Shown piece by piece: positions 1-9,731 of a stretch of DNA of 64,000 nucleotides. The notes under the pieces were generated by a model. The model was not told where the DNA came from, did not search any database, and saw nothing but the letters and a program-made list of their open reading frames with translations. Source of the stretch: an uncultured Candidatus Saccharibacteria bacterium (GTDB lineage: Bacteria; Patescibacteriota; Andersenbacteria; UBA10190); contig CAYJKV010000001.1 of assembly GCA_964371255.1 (NCBI GenBank), forward strand, positions 99,140-163,139, in the 5' to 3' direction. A program made the position numbers and the translations under genes. Numbering within the stretch: the stretch's first letter is position 1; the number at the start of each line of letters is the position of its first letter.

Positions 1-159
1 GGACAAGAGTACGCAGATGGGGTGGGGCATGTGGGAATTTTTGGCGGACAGTCAGTAATTCATGCCAGTGCCAGAATGGGTAATGTCGGGGAAGAGCCAG
101 TGAGCATTTTCACAGCGGCTTACGAAGTGGTACGGGTGCGTAGGGTGATTGGTCTTTAA
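1..159 (+). CDS. C-terminal fragment of an NlpC/P60-family peptidase (partial, runs off the window start)
   Basis: Frame 1 reads GQEYADGVGHVGIFGGQSVIHASARMG...VRRVIGL*, stop TAA at 157-159. GHVGI...IHAS is the NlpC/P60 His motif. Confidence 0.7.
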   Translation, partial: GQEYADGVGHVGIFGGQSVIHASARMGNVGEEPVSIFTAAYEVVRVRRVIGL

Positions 160-1445
160 CCGCCAGTAGAACATGGCGGTTTTTTTAAGGCGGACAAAAT
201 GTCGCCAATCAGATAGAGAGAGCCGGTTACTAACAACAAGCTGCAGGGGTTAAGTGTTTTAGTGGCAAAGGCGATGGCGGCACGCGGGTTGGGGATAGTG
301 TGTAAGGAATATTTTTGTGGATCAAACAAAGATCGCAGCCGTGGTGCCGGCAAGGGATCGTAATTAGCTTGCGTGAAAACAATTTGTCGAAAGCGGGGAG
401 CGATATGCTTTAAGATTGGCCCCGGATCGGTATCAGACTTACAACCGATGACCAACGTATCGGCCGGAGGAAAGGGGCAAGTATCGAGGGCGGAAGTTAG
501 GGAAGCAAAGCCGGCATCATTGTGAGCACCATCAAGCAGGATAAAGGGATCGCGCGATATGATATCCAAACGACCGGGCCAGACTGTTTTTGCTAATCCC
601 CGGTGAATTGTTTGAGGGTTAATAGCGGGCAGGCTGTTTTTAAGAATAACAGCACCGGTGAGAGCGGTGGAGGCATTGGTTATTTGATGATGGCCCAAAA
701 GAGAAATTTGCCAGTTGCCATTGATCAGGCCAGCGGTGGTGAAACTTTGCCCGTCCAATGAGTGATGCTTTGGTGTGGCCGCGAGAAGCGTGGCCACTGG
801 GTAAAAAGGAGATGATTGCTTCGCGCAAAGGCGGTAAAAGTAAGAAGAGGTCATTGGGTCAATTTCGGCGGTGACGAGCGGTACGTGCGGTTTGATGATT
901 CCAGCTTTATGCTTCGCGATTGCCCTCTTGGTTGATCCTAGCCAGGCGGTGTGATCAATAGCGACGTTGGTAATAATTGAAAGAAGAGGGGTAATCACGT
1001 TGGTCGCGTCCAGGTCGCCGCCCATACCGACTTCAATGACGGCGATGTCAACGGACTGCTGCGCGAAGTGCAGGAAAGCGAGGGCGGTGGTGAATTCAAA
1101 ATAGGTGGGTGAGATATTGGACTGATGGGCGGCATCCCGGACTTGGCTGATGAGATGACTGAGAGCAGAATTGCTAACAGAGCGGCCATTAATCACTATT
1201 CTTTCGTGGAATGAGCAGAGGTGGGGGCTGGTATATAAACCGGTGCAATAGTTGGATTGCTGCAAGATTGAGGCTAGCAAGGCGGAAGTGCTGCCTTTGC
1301 CGTTGGTGCCAGTGATGTGGACAGATTTAAACTTGGTGTGCGGATTATCCAGCGCGGCCATTAAAGAACGCATGGTTTGCAGCCCGGGTTTGATTTTTTC
1401 AAACCGCTGCAGACGCTTCAGGTAGTTCAGCTGTTTATTGATCAT
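156..1445 (-). CDS. folC: Folylpolyglutamate synthase / dihydrofolate synthase
   Basis: HITGTNGKGS P-loop, YTSPHL, EVGMGGDLDATNV, WPGR, LDGAHN and VTGSLYLIG motifs. Confidence 0.95.
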   Translation of the reverse strand: MINKQLNYLKRLQRFEKIKPGLQTMRSLMAALDNPHTKFKSVHITGTNGKGSTSALLASILQQSNYCTGLYTSPHLCSFHERIVINGRSVSNSALSHLISQVRDAAHQSNISPTYFEFTTALAFLHFAQQSVDIAVIEVGMGGDLDATNVITPLLSIITNVAIDHTAWLGSTKRAIAKHKAGIIKPHVPLVTAEIDPMTSSYFYRLCAKQSSPFYPVATLLAATPKHHSLDGQSFTTAGLINGNWQISLLGHHQITNASTALTGAVILKNSLPAINPQTIHRGLAKTVWPGRLDIISRDPFILLDGAHNDAGFASLTSALDTCPFPPADTLVIGCKSDTDPGPILKHIAPRFRQIVFTQANYDPLPAPRLRSLFDPQKYSLHTIPNPRAAIAFATKTLNPCSLLLVTGSLYLIGDILSALKKPPCSTGG

Positions 1446-1508
1446 CGGAAAGACAATAACACTATTCTGACTAGACGCTCAACAATAGATACGCCAAACT
1501 ATATATAG

Positions 1509-2372
1509 ATGAAACATTATCTGGACATGGTGCGTTATGTGCTGAAAAACGGTGAGCGCAAGGTTAACCGGACGGGGGTGGCCACTTTGGCCTGTTTTGC
1601 CTATTTTTATAAGGTTGATTTACAGGCCGGCTTCCCATTGTTGACCACGAAAAAGATGTATTGGGATTCGTTAGTGCATGAATTATTTTGGTATTTATCC
1701 GGTGAAGCTCATATTCGTAATTTAAGAAAGAAGACGAAGATCTGGGATGCCTGGGCGGACAAAAGAGGGCGATTGGAGACAGCCTACGGCCGGTTTTGGC
1801 GGCGTTTTCCGATGCCTAATAAAGGGATTGATGGCGAGAAATGGGGGACTAAATGGGTGACAAAAGACAGGGAAACAGGGCAGAAAGTGTTTGACCAGAT
1901 TGAGTACATAATGGATTCGCTGAAAGAAATTAGAGTAAATCCGGAACATCCAAACCTGCGCAGGCTGGTGGTCTCAGCGTGGCATCCAGGCAACGCGGCG
2001 GAGAGCCGTCTGCCGCCTTGCCATTATACGTTTTGCTTTAATGTGATGGGTGATAAACTAAATTGTCATCTAACGCAGCGTTCCTGTGATATAGCCTTGG
2101 GGGTGCCGTTTAATCTGGCTTGCTACGCATTGTTAACGATGATGATGGCTAAAGAAACGGGCTTTCAGCCCGGTGAGTTTGCTCATTCCCTGCTGGATGC
2201 TCATATTTACGAGAACCATATAGAAGGATTAAAGGAGCAGTTGAAAAGGAAGCCTAAAGGACTGCCGCGGGTAGAGATTGCCGATAAGCCGTTTGACGAA
2301 CTGACGTTTGAAGACGTAACCCTGCATGACTACGTGGCGGATGATGCGATTAAATTTCCGGTGGCTGTTTGA
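1509..2372 (+). CDS. thyA: Thymidylate synthase
   Basis: NRTGVAT, FPLLTTKK, IWDAWAD, LPPCH (catalytic Cys), QRSCDIALGVPFN, DAHIYENH. Confidence 0.97.
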   Translation: MKHYLDMVRYVLKNGERKVNRTGVATLACFAYFYKVDLQAGFPLLTTKKMYWDSLVHELFWYLSGEAHIRNLRKKTKIWDAWADKRGRLETAYGRFWRRFPMPNKGIDGEKWGTKWVTKDRETGQKVFDQIEYIMDSLKEIRVNPEHPNLRRLVVSAWHPGNAAESRLPPCHYTFCFNVMGDKLNCHLTQRSCDIALGVPFNLACYALLTMMMAKETGFQPGEFAHSLLDAHIYENHIEGLKEQLKRKPKGLPRVEIADKPFDELTFEDVTLHDYVADDAIKFPVAV

Positions 2373-2382
2373 GCCAGGAGAA

Positions 2383-2856
2383 ATGAATATGGACATTCAT
2401 CTTATTGCGGCGTTGACTGACGCTGGAGTAATTGGGAACAGCAGTGGTTTGCCGTGGCATATTGCTGAGGATTTGCAGCGATTCAAGAAAATAACCACAG
2501 GTAAAACTGTGCTGATGGGCCGTCGGACATTTGAGACGATTGGCCGGCCATTGCCGAACAGAGAAAATATTATTTTGGATCAAGAAAAGAAACCTGTCGC
2601 GGGCGCGACGGTTTGTAATTCAATGGCTGATGCTCTGAAGCGGGCGCAGGAAATAGGGACAGATCTATATGTGATTGGCGGGGCGAATGTTTATGCGCAA
2701 ATGTTGCCGATGGTTGACGTGATGCACTTATCGCACGTGAAGAGAGATTATCCTGGCGATGTCTATTTTCCTAAGTACGATAAAACCGAATGGCAGGAGT
2801 TTGCCCGGGAAGAATTTGATGAGTTTACTGCGATAACTTATCGCAGAAAGAAATAA
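2383..2856 (+). CDS. folA: Dihydrofolate reductase
   Basis: VIG..LPWHIAEDLQRFK, MGRRTFETIGRPLPNRENII, VIGGANVY, GDVYFP. Start moved to ATG 2383, after AGGAG. Confidence 0.95.
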   Translation: MNMDIHLIAALTDAGVIGNSSGLPWHIAEDLQRFKKITTGKTVLMGRRTFETIGRPLPNRENIILDQEKKPVAGATVCNSMADALKRAQEIGTDLYVIGGANVYAQMLPMVDVMHLSHVKRDYPGDVYFPKYDKTEWQEFAREEFDEFTAITYRRKK

Positions 2857-3116
2857 CAGACTGGGAATCGTTTAAAACGATTATTCTATTAATGGCTATT
2901 GGAATGGATATGACCAAAGAAAGTAAAGCCGAAACCCTAAATCTTTAAATCTTAAATAAATTCGAAATCATAATATTCAAATCATTAACTGACGAATAGC
3001 AGAAGTGTGATGTAGTGAGTGGTGGTCTATCTTGGGGGGGGCAATTCGTCCGAAACTGGAGAGGTCAGCTAAATAAATTTTACAAGTTGTTACTTAAATC
3101 TTATTAATTCATTGAT

Positions 3117-4499
3117 ATGCTTAAACGATCGGATCCAAACTTTTATGCCATTTTGCAGAAAGAGGAAAAGAGGCAACGGGACAAATTATCCCTAATTGCC
3201 TCGGAAAACTGTTTTTCGCCGAGCGTGCGAGAAGCGGTTGGATCCGTATTTAGCCATAAATATTCAGAGGGAAACGTAGGAGAGCGCTATTATCAGGGAA
3301 ACGAATATGTCGACGAGTTAGAAAGTTTGGCAATTGAAAGGGCGCGTATGTTGTTTAGGATACCGAAAGATTGGACGGCGAATGTGCAAGCGTTGTCGGG
3401 CAGTAATGCTAATTTGGCCGTGTACTTAGCGTTAATGGAAGCTGGGGATACTTTAATGTCGATGTACTTACCGGACGGAGGGCACTTATCACATGGCTGG
3501 TCTTTTGAACCGGACGAGAACAAACGCAAGGCTGATCTAAGATCTGGCAGCTTAGTTTATCTGGGTGGTAAGCGTCAGGTGCATCTGACATCGCGGTTAT
3601 ATAGGGTGGTGCAATATAAAACGGAGCAGCAAACAAAAATTTTCAATTATGATGAGGTAGAAAAAATAGCGGTAAAATATAAGCCCCGGTTGATTATTAC
3701 GGGTGGGACGGCCTACCCGCGGAACATAGATTATCGACGAATGCGCAAGATCGCCGATAAAGTGGGCGCTTATTATCTAGCGGATATTGCACATGAGGCC
3801 GGACTGGTGGCTGGTCGGGCAGTACCGTCGCCAGTCGGGGTGGCAGACGTGGTAACAATGACTACCCATAAGACGCTACGAGCAGGACGAGGCGCTATTA
3901 TTCTGGCTAATCAAGAATTAATCAAAAAGATAAATCGGGGATTGCTGCCTGGTCTACAGGGTGGGCCACATAACCATAATATTGCTGGCATTGCCGTGGG
4001 CTTAGGGGAAGCACTGCAGCCGGCATTCGCGGATTATGCCAGACAAGTAGTTAAGAATGCTAAGCATTTAGCTAAAACACTGGCCAAGCAAGGCTTTAGG
4101 ATTGTAACAAAGGGGACCGATAAGCACTTATTATTGATTGACCTTAATGATCAGCCAGTCTGGGGCAAGAATTTTGCATATATCTTAGACCGGGCGGGAC
4201 TAGTCACCAACGCTTCCACTTTGCCGTGGGATAGTTCACCGCCGCGTAATCCGGCAGGACTGAGGCTGGGGACACCGTGGGTGACGACGCGTGGAATGAA
4301 AGAGTCCGAAATGGAGATGATCGCCAACTGGATAAAACAAGTGATGCAGATAGCTGCTCCGTGGTCAGAATTGACGGGGGATCGATTAGTGGAGCAAGTG
4401 ACACAGTCAGCGGAGATAAAAAGGATTGCCCGAGAGGTGGCTAAAGTAGGTCGCCAGTTTATGGATTTCCCGAGAAGAGGGATAATGATAAAAGACTGA
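3117..4499 (+). CDS. glyA: Serine hydroxymethyltransferase
   Basis: LIASEN, KYSEG..GERYYQG, GGHLSHG, DIAHEAGLVA, TTHKTLR (PLP lysine), GLRLGTP. Confidence 0.96.
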   Translation: MLKRSDPNFYAILQKEEKRQRDKLSLIASENCFSPSVREAVGSVFSHKYSEGNVGERYYQGNEYVDELESLAIERARMLFRIPKDWTANVQALSGSNANLAVYLALMEAGDTLMSMYLPDGGHLSHGWSFEPDENKRKADLRSGSLVYLGGKRQVHLTSRLYRVVQYKTEQQTKIFNYDEVEKIAVKYKPRLIITGGTAYPRNIDYRRMRKIADKVGAYYLADIAHEAGLVAGRAVPSPVGVADVVTMTTHKTLRAGRGAIILANQELIKKINRGLLPGLQGGPHNHNIAGIAVGLGEALQPAFADYARQVVKNAKHLAKTLAKQGFRIVTKGTDKHLLLIDLNDQPVWGKNFAYILDRAGLVTNASTLPWDSSPPRNPAGLRLGTPWVTTRGMKESEMEMIANWIKQVMQIAAPWSELTGDRLVEQVTQSAEIKRIAREVAKVGRQFMDFPRRGIMIKD

Positions 4500-4609
4500 T
4501 TTAAGGGAAAAAGTGACTGATGGATATGCTTCGTAATATACTAACCACATAATAATAATCGAAATGGATATATTTTTGAGCAGGGCAGCGAAGAAGTTAA
4601 TGAGGGGGG

Positions 4610-4867
4610 GTGATTGTCGTGGATAACAAGAGTCTCAGCTTGTGGGCAGCGGTGTTGCTACTAGTGGGAGGTTTAGTGCATTTGATACCTGGCTTATATT
4701 CAGGACTAACTGGTTTGACTGGCGGATTTCCATGGATCCAGGTGGTAGTGGGTGTCCTGTCAGTGATTGTGGCGCTGGTCATGTTTGCAGGCGACAAACA
4801 AGAGGATGGTACCGCGGTTAAGAGCCAACCGGAGAGTCAGCCGTTTGATAGCACTAAGCCAAACTAA
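4610..4867 (+). CDS. Small membrane protein with two hydrophobic helices
   Basis: Two hydrophobic stretches and a polar tail; GTG start after a purine-rich stretch. Confidence 0.65.
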   Translation: MIVVDNKSLSLWAAVLLLVGGLVHLIPGLYSGLTGLTGGFPWIQVVVGVLSVIVALVMFAGDKQEDGTAVKSQPESQPFDSTKPN

Positions 4868-5145
4868 CCGGGACAGCTGGCCGGATTAAACATGTGGTCG
4901 GTTGGTGGTCTTTGAGGGATTAACACCTTATGGTATTAAGGTGTTAGTTGGTGTGGGGATAATAACTAAATCCAAACCAGCAATTTTTGCTGGGGTGTTA
5001 AAATTGTGCAGGGATGACAGGTGAGGTTGTGACCGCAGAATAATCGTATAGAGGGAGAAAGAAAAAGCCCCGTGATGAAATATCAAGACGGGGAGAAGGA
5101 GCGATCTAGACAAAATTTTTTGACTAGATGCCCAGTGAAGGAAGA

Positions 5146-5355
5146 TTAATAGTTATCGAGCAAAATTTTTTGAGCCTCTGGACAAAGTAATCGGTCGTCG
5201 TGTGGGCCTGGGCCATAGGTAGGTACACCGAATAATCCGATATGGTGGTTCGCGCAGGCTTGAAGGTGAGCGAGAAAAGTATGACAAGGAATTGATTGGC
5301 CACAGATGTTGCACGTTCGGGTGTGATCACTCTCACTATTATTATTGTTGAACAT
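5146..5355 (-). CDS. Small putative C2HC zinc-finger protein (69 aa)
   Basis: From ATG 5355, which has GAGGAAG upstream: MFNNNNSESDHTRTCNICGQSIPCHTFLAHLQAC..., giving a CxxC-x11-H-x3-C pattern. Confidence 0.5.
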   Translation of the reverse strand: MFNNNNSESDHTRTCNICGQSIPCHTFLAHLQACANHHIGLFGVPTYGPGPHDDRLLCPEAQKILLDNY

Positions 5356-5556
5356 GACATTCTTCCTCGAAGTTGGTGAAGGAACGATGAAGCAAATTAT
5401 TAGTAGTGTAGTGCTTCGAAAGCGGCGTGTCAAAACTACGTGCGTGACGACTTTTATAGTGGCTAGTCAGCGGGGTAATAGCGATTGGCTGGGGAAATAT
5501 TTGGGCTGATGCAGCGATTATAATTTTAGTGATAATGGAGTATGCTAGGTTAAAAG

Positions 5557-6159
5557 ATGGCTAAATTATCAAAGTTTGAGCAATGGTGGTTGAACGCATG
5601 GCCGCACCGATTGCACGTGCGCAGATTTGTCCCGAAGGTTTTGCGGGCATGTCCGGACCCTTTTCGAGGAGAAGTTTTGGAGGTGGGGGCGGGCAGCGGC
5701 TGGTCTTCGCGAATGATTTTAGATACTTTTCCACAAGTCGAATTGACGGCGTCCGACTTAGACCCAAAAACTAGAAATAAGTTTGAGCGCCTGCGCAGCA
5801 AATATGGGCAGCGGTTGATTTTTAAACAAGCAAACCTCATGAACTTGCCGTTTGATAGAGAGTCGTATGATATTGTTTTGGCTATGCATGTCTTACATTT
5901 CTCGTTCGATCTGCGCGCTGCCGTCAGACAGTTCGTCAGGGTACTTCGACCAGGGGGGTTGTTGGGTATTGGCGATTTCAATCCTAAATACCACCGCGGC
6001 TTATTAAAAAGAATGTTCGCGGCATCTTCTCTGCCATGGCGGAAGATGATGGAGGACATGCTGGTGGAGGAGGGTTGTGAAATTCTAGTATCGCAGGGTG
6101 AATTGCATTATTTTATTTGGGCACGTAAGCCATATCCGATCAAACCGAAAGTAAGCTAG
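5557..6159 (+). CDS. Class I SAM-dependent methyltransferase
   Basis: VLEVGAGSG motif I, LPFDRESYDIV, VRVLRPGG. Confidence 0.9.
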   Translation: MAKLSKFEQWWLNAWPHRLHVRRFVPKVLRACPDPFRGEVLEVGAGSGWSSRMILDTFPQVELTASDLDPKTRNKFERLRSKYGQRLIFKQANLMNLPFDRESYDIVLAMHVLHFSFDLRAAVRQFVRVLRPGGLLGIGDFNPKYHRGLLKRMFAASSLPWRKMMEDMLVEEGCEILVSQGELHYFIWARKPYPIKPKVS

Positions 6160-6426
6160 GGAATGAAGTGAAAGCACGAGCACCTTTTCCTGCAGGCATG
6201 GCCTGCGGGCAATATTAGAAATTCGATAGTGCCAAACCCAAAACAAGGAGAGGTTAGAAAAGAACCTAACCTGACAACCAGTGGGGAAATGGTTGGTGAG
6301 GCAATGCAAATTTTCAGATGAGGCACAAAGTGGAGAATGTTTTGGGGTACGGAATTTGGACTCAAGTTATGGACGCGGTGCATGAAATATTGACTTGCCT
6401 GTTTGTTTGCCGCAAGCTGTTTAGCT

Positions 6427-7989
6427 ATGGCCATAGTTTATAAAATATCGAGCAATAGATCGTCCAGGGCAGCGGTTGAGGTGTTGGCTATCCCCACACA
6501 AAATGTAAATTTGGGCTGGCAAGGCTGGCCGAAGGGCGCGGCTGACAAAGTTAAGCAGGAGTTGCGCCGGCGGGGCTGGCAGGCGAACTGGGGCCAAGTA
6601 GAAATTCTAGCAGAGGCCAGGGTGGGGCGGATGGCGTTAGTGGCTATGATCGGTTTAGGACAAAATGAGGATAGCGCCCGACAGCAAGAAGCCATGCGGC
6701 GCGGCATAGCCAGTGTAGTTAGTGAAGCCGGCCGACTGGGCCTGGGAACCGTCGGGATTGATTTATTGAGTAACGGTTTTGGGTGGGAAGTCGCAGCCGC
6801 GGCGGTGGAGGGGATAGAGATGGTCGGTTATGGTTTTACTGCCTATTCGGGAAAGCTGGCCAAGAAGCAGAAGAAAAGCAGCATTAAACAAATTATCATT
6901 TTGTGCCCGGAGGAAAAGCTAAAACAGGTACGGCGGGCAGTGAGGCAGTCTCAGCAACTGCTTAAAGGCGTGGATTTGGCGCGCGATCTGGTTAATCGAC
7001 CAGCCGGGGATATGTCACCAGCTCAACTGGCGAGGACAGCGCAAGAAATAGCGACAAAATCTGAGCTAATTGAAGTGAATATTTTCAATAAAGAACAGGC
7101 TCAGCGCGAAAAGTTCGGTGCTTTTTTGGCGGTGGCGGGTGGTTCGGCGCAGGAACCATATGTCATTCACCTGACATATAGACCGGCAGCGGAAAATATC
7201 AAACGAAAAAAGGTTTGGTTGGTAGGAAAGGGGATTACGTTCGATTCGGGTGGGCTCAGCATCAAGCCGGCCGAACATATGGAAGCAATGAAGAGTGATA
7301 TGGCAGGAGCGGCGGCGGTGCTTGGTTTATTTGCGATATTGGACCGGATGGCAGTGGAGGTGGAAGTGCATGGATTAATAGCCGCGTGTGAAAATATGCC
7401 CTCGGGTACGGCTTACCGACCAGGCGATGTTGTAACAGCCTTGAACGGAAAGACTATTGAGATATTGAATACTGACGCGGAAGGACGCGTTACTTTGGCG
7501 GATGCTTTGTCTTTTGCGGCAGCGCAGGAACCAGATGCAATAGTAGATTTGGCGACATTAACTGGCGCTTGTCTGGTAGCCTTAGGAGAAACGGTGGCCG
7601 GGCTGTGGAGTAATAACGAGGAACTAAAACAGAGTATGGTACAGGCGGCTTATCAGACGGGCGAGAAAGTAGAAACGATGCCTATGCCAGAGGAATACCA
7701 AGTTAAACTTGATAGCACCATTGCCGACATGCAAAACATCTCTAGTTCACGCTACGGGGGCGCGATTGCGGCCGCGATGTTTTTAAAAGAGTTTGTAGGT
7801 GAAATACCATGGGCGCATTTGGACATTGCCGGCCCATCCTATATGGAGCAGCGCTATTTGTCGTATTGGAATCGGGGTGCGACGGGGTTTGGTGTGAGGT
7901 TATTGGCCCAGTGGCTGAAAAGTTTAGGGGCAAAGTCGGAGCGGGAAAGAAAAGAATCAGACAGACTTGATAAACGGACGCAAGAGTAA
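6427..7989 (+). CDS. pepA: Leucyl aminopeptidase (M17)
   Basis: LVGKGITFDSGG, MKSDMAGAA, NTDAEGRVTLAD, ATLTGAC, WAHLDIAG. Start placed at ATG 6427. Confidence 0.95.
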   Translation: MAIVYKISSNRSSRAAVEVLAIPTQNVNLGWQGWPKGAADKVKQELRRRGWQANWGQVEILAEARVGRMALVAMIGLGQNEDSARQQEAMRRGIASVVSEAGRLGLGTVGIDLLSNGFGWEVAAAAVEGIEMVGYGFTAYSGKLAKKQKKSSIKQIIILCPEEKLKQVRRAVRQSQQLLKGVDLARDLVNRPAGDMSPAQLARTAQEIATKSELIEVNIFNKEQAQREKFGAFLAVAGGSAQEPYVIHLTYRPAAENIKRKKVWLVGKGITFDSGGLSIKPAEHMEAMKSDMAGAAAVLGLFAILDRMAVEVEVHGLIAACENMPSGTAYRPGDVVTALNGKTIEILNTDAEGRVTLADALSFAAAQEPDAIVDLATLTGACLVALGETVAGLWSNNEELKQSMVQAAYQTGEKVETMPMPEEYQVKLDSTIADMQNISSSRYGGAIAAAMFLKEFVGEIPWAHLDIAGPSYMEQRYLSYWNRGATGFGVRLLAQWLKSLGAKSERERKESDRLDKRTQE

Positions 7990-8766
7990 GGAAGTGACAA
8001 AGAGAACAGAACTAACAAGGACTACTGTGGGTCCGGAGGGGGTGTTAAGGGTAGCGCTCAGAAACAAACCACAAATAATTGAAAAGAGGGAGATAGCTAC
8101 ACTGCTAGCGAACATGCTGGTCAGGGAGCGGGTCAAATTTTGTGCGGAGGCGGCGGGGATGACTAGTAGGGCGGTCACTAACACAACACCCACTAATTTG
8201 ATGGCCAGGGCTATTAAACTGGCGAGTAGCAGCATAAAAAGGAGTTCATACTTCCTGACATTAATACCTTCAGCTTGTGCTAGATTGGGATCAAAAGTGA
8301 TAGCGATAAAATGTTTTCCGGAAAAGATGATAATGATAAGAGCAATGATGGAGACGACAATTGTGAGATAAATATCAAATTCGCTGACGGCAAGAATATC
8401 GCCGAATAAGAAGCTGATAAGGTCGGACTGATAGCCAGGAGTGAGCTGTACCAGGATGACGCCCAAGGCGACGGAGCTAGAGAAAAGAACGCCCAGCAGA
8501 GTGTCTAAAGGTAATTTGGTATTGGTGGCGAGTAGGGAGATACCGATGGCTATCACTAACGTAAAAGCCAGGGCACTCAGATACGGATTAACGTGCAGGA
8601 GTAACCCCAGGGCGATACCGGTGAGAGCGGCATGGCCGATGGCGTCGGAGAAAAATGACATTTTCCGCAAGACGACGAAGACACCCACGATGGCCATGAG
8701 TACACCGAGGATGAGCCCGATAATAAGAGTTCGCTGGAAGAAAGGGAGATAAAGAAGATCAAGCAT
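7957..8766 (-). CDS. znuB: Zn/Mn ABC transporter permease
   Basis: SFFSDAIGHAALTG, FLFGDIL, multiple transmembrane helices; adjacent to an ABC ATPase. Confidence 0.88.
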   Translation of the reverse strand: MLDLLYLPFFQRTLIIGLILGVLMAIVGVFVVLRKMSFFSDAIGHAALTGIALGLLLHVNPYLSALAFTLVIAIGISLLATNTKLPLDTLLGVLFSSSVALGVILVQLTPGYQSDLISFLFGDILAVSEFDIYLTIVVSIIALIIIIFSGKHFIAITFDPNLAQAEGINVRKYELLFMLLLASLIALAIKLVGVVLVTALLVIPAASAQNLTRSLTSMFASSVAISLFSIICGLFLSATLNTPSGPTVVLVSSVLFVTSLLLRPFIKSV

Positions 8767-8952
8767 AGGTTAAATAAGTTTGAAGTTAAGATGTCGAAAT
8801 CCTCCCAAAGGGATCCCTTAGGGAGAAACAAATTATAAATCTAAAGCATTAAAAATAAGAAACACGTGTTGGACGTTCGGGTTGTTTGGTGATTTGCCTC
8901 TTCCATGCCGTGATTGTTTAGGATTTATAATTTCGGATTTCATACTTTTTGC

Positions 8953-9693
8953 CTAATGGTGGCTGTGCAGAAAGTGGCCGACTTCCGTGCCATACATGTG
9001 CTGCAGGGTTTCATTGGTGAGGACTTTTTGCGGGGTGCCGGCGCAGAGCAGCTTTCTATTTAAACACAGGACTTGATCCGCATAGTTCATAACTATTTGC
9101 AGTTCGTGACTAATGAGAACCATCGTTAATTTTTCTTCTTTTTGGATACGAGACAACAGGGTGTAGATGGTGTCTTGTCCTTCAACGTCAATACCGGCCG
9201 CCGGTTCGTCCAGCAGCAGAAGTTTAGGATGATCCATGAGGCTATAAGCCAGAATAATTCTTTGCAGCTGTCCACCCGAAAGGACGCTTAATCGCTTATT
9301 CAGGAGGTGCTTGGTGTTGGTTTTTGTCAGCAGGTTATACATATGCTGTTTTTCCACGCTGCTTAAGCCTAGAGGACGTTTAGATTTTAAGGAGAAAAGA
9401 CCAGCGACGGTTAAAGGGAATTGCCGGTCGATGTTGATATATTGAGGAATATATGACACTTGAGAAGCAACCTTGTGGTAGCGATCATGATTGGTACCCA
9501 TGATTTCCACAGTACCGCTTTGCTTGGGCAAGAGCTTAAGGAGGCATTTGATCAGCACTGATTTGCCGGCACCGTTGGGCCCAATGATAGCGGTGACCGA
9601 ACCAATAGGTACTTGAAACGAAACATCATCTATGATGCGGTGTTTATCCAGCTCGATGACTAGATTTTGCACATTAAGAGCGAGGGTAGTCAT
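8953..9693 (-). CDS. znuC: Zn/Mn ABC transporter ATP-binding subunit
   Basis: GPNGAGKS, LSGGQLQR, LLLLDEP, His-rich C-terminus. Confidence 0.88.
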   Translation of the reverse strand: MTTLALNVQNLVIELDKHRIIDDVSFQVPIGSVTAIIGPNGAGKSVLIKCLLKLLPKQSGTVEIMGTNHDRYHKVASQVSYIPQYINIDRQFPLTVAGLFSLKSKRPLGLSSVEKQHMYNLLTKTNTKHLLNKRLSVLSGGQLQRIILAYSLMDHPKLLLLDEPAAGIDVEGQDTIYTLLSRIQKEEKLTMVLISHELQIVMNYADQVLCLNRKLLCAGTPQKVLTNETLQHMYGTEVGHFLHSHH

Positions 9694-9731
9694 AATAAAA
9701 TATTTCCTATACTTTATGTTACACTAAGGCG

